Shown: piece by piece, positions 49,990 through 53,732 of the stretch
How positions within the stretch are numbered: position 1 is the stretch's first letter
Layout: every line of letters starts with the position of its first letter
Source of the DNA: Octopus bimaculoides
Lineage: Eukaryota
Direction: 5' to 3'
DNA: 53,732 nt
Assembly: GCF_001194135.2 (NCBI RefSeq)
Contig: NC_069000.1
Location: 1,981,242 to 2,034,973 of the forward strand
Notes under the pieces: model-generated
The model's input: the letters and a program-made list of their open reading frames with translations, nothing else
Told to the model about the DNA's origin: nothing
The model's database searches: none
Position numbers and translations under genes: made by a program

Positions 49990-51160
49990 GATTCTCTCTT
50001 AACCGATTCCTCATATCGAGTAGTTTATACGAGACAGGCAACCTTTCTTGATCATAGTCCATATGCAGTAATGCACTAAAAGCTTTTATACTGAAGGAAC
50101 GGAGCTAGACACCGGATTGGTTTCGAAAGGAGCTGATGTAAAGTCACTGTTGTTATCGTAGAACAATGTGCTTCATAGAGAATATATGTGATTCCACTCA
50201 GGCAAGCTTACACAATACAAGAATTAGCATGTAACAAAGCCTACAAAGCTGCAAGACGCCATGCTAATGACACTGATTATAATTCTGCGTAGGCAATCAT
50301 TCTTAATTTGATTCAGTAGATATCCATAGAATCTACGAAAGAATAATGAATGTTAACTGCCAAACACAAACAGCATGCTGTTAAAAACGATGGAAATCAA
50401 AGGTAGAATTATTAAATATAAAAATAACCAAATAAACTGATGAATGTAACATTGTTCTGAAATTTAATGAAAGAAAGACGTTATTTCGAACAGGATGCTA
50501 CCCACCGTGGGATATTACGAAAAAAATTGGATGCACTGTCAAATGGTGAAAGTACTATAACTGGATGGAATTACACCATCTGTGCGTCAGAAGAAGCATC
50601 TAAATATGCAAATAATCTCCTGTTAAACTATATGCGTGAAGCATATTCTCAGTGCGGTAAAAGGACAAGCGTTCCGGTAGGCATAAGAGACAAAGATTTA
50701 GTCTCACTGTAAAAGAACAAAGAAGGAGCAACATGATTTTTGCTAAGCAATATTAGGAATTTATAGCATGTGATTCCGAACAGATTACAAACGAACAACT
50801 GTTTATCTCTTGTCAGGGTAGTTTTCGGTTTGAATACTTCACAGATGAACTGAAAGTCTCAGTTCAATAATGACAACAGAAATGCCAAGGACAAAGACAA
50901 CCGCGTGACGTCTTTTTTATTGACATCTCGAAGACCTTTAATCTTTCTAAACACAGACGGCCAATTCAAGATCCCCATTATTATTGGTTGCTATCCGGGG
51001 CTTCATGAGTCACTCCATTCAACCCACGCAAATACGAGGTTGTCGTTCAGTTTGACATCCTTTTACAGATGCCTTCAACATGAGGACAAAAGAACTTGCT
51101 CACAACTTGTTCGACAATCTTGTACATTCTCTGAATCCGAGGTACGGTTTTGGAATTTAA
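49990..51160 (+). mobile_element. Decayed RTE (BovB-like) LINE ORF: linker and N-terminal half of RT
   Basis: Ordered motifs across frameshifts: PDWF (50112), AARRHAND (50248), LDALSNG / DGITP, VPVGIRD..LVSL*KNK, QKCQGQRQPRDVFFIDISKTFN (50877-50942; EKCREQ..P....FIDL.KAFD), KI...IGC, VQFD...DAFN. Confidence 0.78.
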
Positions 51161-51162
51161 GC

Positions 51163-51270
51163 CTCCTCCTCCTCCTCCTCCTCCTCCTCCTCCTCCTNNN
51201 NNNNNNNNNNNNNNNNNNNNNNNNNNNNNNNNNNNNNNNNNNNNNNNNNNNNNNNNNNNNNNNNNNNNNN

Positions 51271-51302
<32 letters not shown>

Positions 51303-51315
51303 CCATCATCATCAT
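51163..51315. repeat. (CCT)n and (CAT)n microsatellites around a gap
   Basis: Directly visible. Confidence 0.9.
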
Positions 51316-52062
51316 TAATATTATTGTTGTAGTTGTTATATACATATTTCACATCCTGCATGAAATGTGCAGATTATATTTCTTCCCGGTATAGCAGCCA
51401 AATTAACGAAAAAATACAACAAAAGAAAACCAGAAGCAAAATAAAATGAAAAAAAAACTTCCCACCTAGCCAACCGTCAAGCCAATAAATCAATCAATTA
51501 ATCGATGAATCAATATTTATTTATTATTACGTCGTATAAGAAATAAACCGGAATATTTGATTTTTATACGCAACGAGAAACCTTCCCCAGCTGCTGACTA
51601 GCTGCATTGACTACAGCAAGAGTGTGTCTGCCTGATACAGCCTGGGCGGAGTCCGCAATTTATGGTATTAGTTTACGAAACGTTGGTCCATTATACAAGT
51701 GAAACACCGCTCAAGCAATAATAAGCTTTAACACCTCTTTGTAATTAACACATAGCAAGATATATACAAAATTAGTAACCGTCTAGTGTGGTGCAGTAGC
51801 AGAATTGTGAGAGCGTCTCATCCGAAAAGCTTTGTAGGATTAATTTCATCTTCATTGAATTAGCAGTGAAATTTCTGCCTAGATGCCGAGGCTTAGCCCA
51901 AGACAAGAACATATCATTCAAACTGGAATTTCCCAGTGTCCACAGGTATTTCTATGACTAGCATAGAAATGACACGAAAGCTATTCAAAGGTTTTTATCT
52001 AGACGTGGAACAAAAGACACCTCCGTGGAAAAAGTGTACTATATTTATATATATATATATAT

Positions 52063-52238
52063 TCTTTTACTAGTTTCGGTCATTTGACTGCGGCCATGCT
52101 AGAGCACCGCCTTTAGTCGAAAGAATCGACGCCACGACTTATTCTTTGTAAGCTTATTCTATCGTTCTCTTTTGCCGAACTGGTAAGTTACGGGGACGTA
52201 AACACAGCAACATTGGTTGTCAAGCGATGGTGGGGGAC
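52063..52238 (-). mobile_element. SINE family C, 3' module
   Basis: Reverse complement of the 27050-27247 and 20115-20296 module. Confidence 0.9.
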
Positions 52239-52370
52239 GAAGACAAGTGGTGTAGACAACAAACAGATGTATTCGTTTAACGCTCAGGAAGTGAAAAAGT
52301 CTTTTACGTTTTGAGCCTACGCTCTTCCACAGAAAGGAACACAGAAAGAAAAAGGGAGAGAAAATAACAT
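52236..52370 (-). mobile_element. Family D repeat with hammerhead-like motif, copy 4
   Basis: Reverse complement of 52301-52336 reads CTTT-CTGTGGA-A-GAGC(GTAG)GCTC-AAAAC-GTA-AAAG. Confidence 0.75.
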
Positions 52371-52815
52371 TGTCATATTGTCACATGATATCATTATGAG
52401 TTAGTTTATTACTGCTATATATTTGTTAATATACCTGCACGATATAGTCAGGCTGGAAGACTTGTCTGTGACGGATATTAGATTGTGTATTATTTTAAGC
52501 TTACATGGGACGAGTTATGATGATGAGATCCGTTTCTTTTCATCGATTCTTAAAACGCAGGTCATAATAAACTTAGATAAATATTTAGTAATTAGCGTAT
52601 GAAGCTCATATAAACAGCTTACACTTTTGGAGCGGAATATAATTAATTTTTAACTCGGAACACGACATGTATCTACTGATTGAGTGTTATGCATAAACTA
52701 TGGAACAAAACAAATGACAAAGCACAACCCCCCCCCACAAAACAAACACATATACATTTATATATACAAATACGTATGTATACATATCTATCTATCTATC
52801 TACATGTCTGTGTGC

Positions 52816-52846
<31 letters not shown>

Positions 52847-53581
52847 TCTAAGAAATATATTAAGACATATAATAATAAAGCAAGGTATAGACAGCTTCAG
52901 ATTTAAATAAGAAAAACACATAAGAAAAAAAAACTGTTTGATTATAGAATATAGAGAAAGCTGATAGTGGTCAGTGAATCCTGTTGCAAATAGATCGGCG
53001 AAATCTCATTCGGAATATTATCATATAAATTCGTGGATAAAATATATCAAATAAAATGTGAGACGCAACTAAGCGACGAATTTATGTGTGAGAAGAGAGG
53101 AAGAAATATAACTAAGTATGATGCGATTTACAGCTTATATATTTATTTATTTATTTTTATCTATTAACATTGCAACTAAGAGTTTATCAGAAAATCGATA
53201 TTTACGAAGACAAAAAAGAAGGAAAAAATATCTATATAATTCGCTGGAAGAACTATTAAAAATTCCTCTGCAATTACACTCTCTCTCTCCCTCAGTCTCT
53301 TTCTTACCATCTCTCATACACACACACACGCGTTTATATATAATCTCGCTGACGCACATATATCTCTATGTTTGACTGTATACAGCTATGGTCGGCTTAA
53401 TGGGTACTTCTATGTTGCAAAGTAAACACTTTAAAGAGAGCCAGCACTGGAAAATCACACACGGTATTAACAAACCATATGATGTGATGAATTGAAAAGA
53501 AAACCAAAATCCCAATACACACTGATGGCGGCTCTGAAACCATAGTATTTGCTCAGACACAGGATAGGAAAGCACCTCGCT

Positions 53582-53612
<31 letters not shown>

Positions 53613-53732
53613 CACGTATGTATGGATCTATCAATATATATATATGTTCGCATACGCATATGTCTTAATATAAATATAGACATATATACATACATGTATA
53701 TGTATGTGTACACATGTATTAATATATATATA

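Overview
AT-rich eukaryotic genomic DNA from a gapped draft assembly. It has about 14 N-gaps, nearly all flanked by microsatellites. The SINE families and extreme microsatellite load are most consistent with an octopus (cephalopod) genome; this is an inference from recalled repeat families, not a database hit. I can support no intact host protein-coding gene, tRNA, rRNA or CRISPR array. The long ORFs in the track are artefacts of N-gaps or simple repeats. The window is intergenic or intronic and is a mosaic of: (i) at least three tRNA-headed SINE families plus CORE-like SINE heads; (ii) six fragments of R4/Dong-type, (TAA)n-associated non-LTR retrotransposons; (iii) a 5' fragment of an R2-type element (zinc fingers + Myb) lying outside rDNA; (iv) a decayed RTE/BovB-like ORF; (v) a mariner-type MITE and a 156-bp near-perfect hairpin; (vi) four copies of a ~160-bp repeat carrying a minimal type I hammerhead-ribozyme topology with a variant core (U at position 6, extra A after A9). 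Item (vi) is the best candidate for an undescribed system, although it is probably a relative of known Penelope/retrozyme hammerheads. Coordinates of degenerate repeats are approximate.
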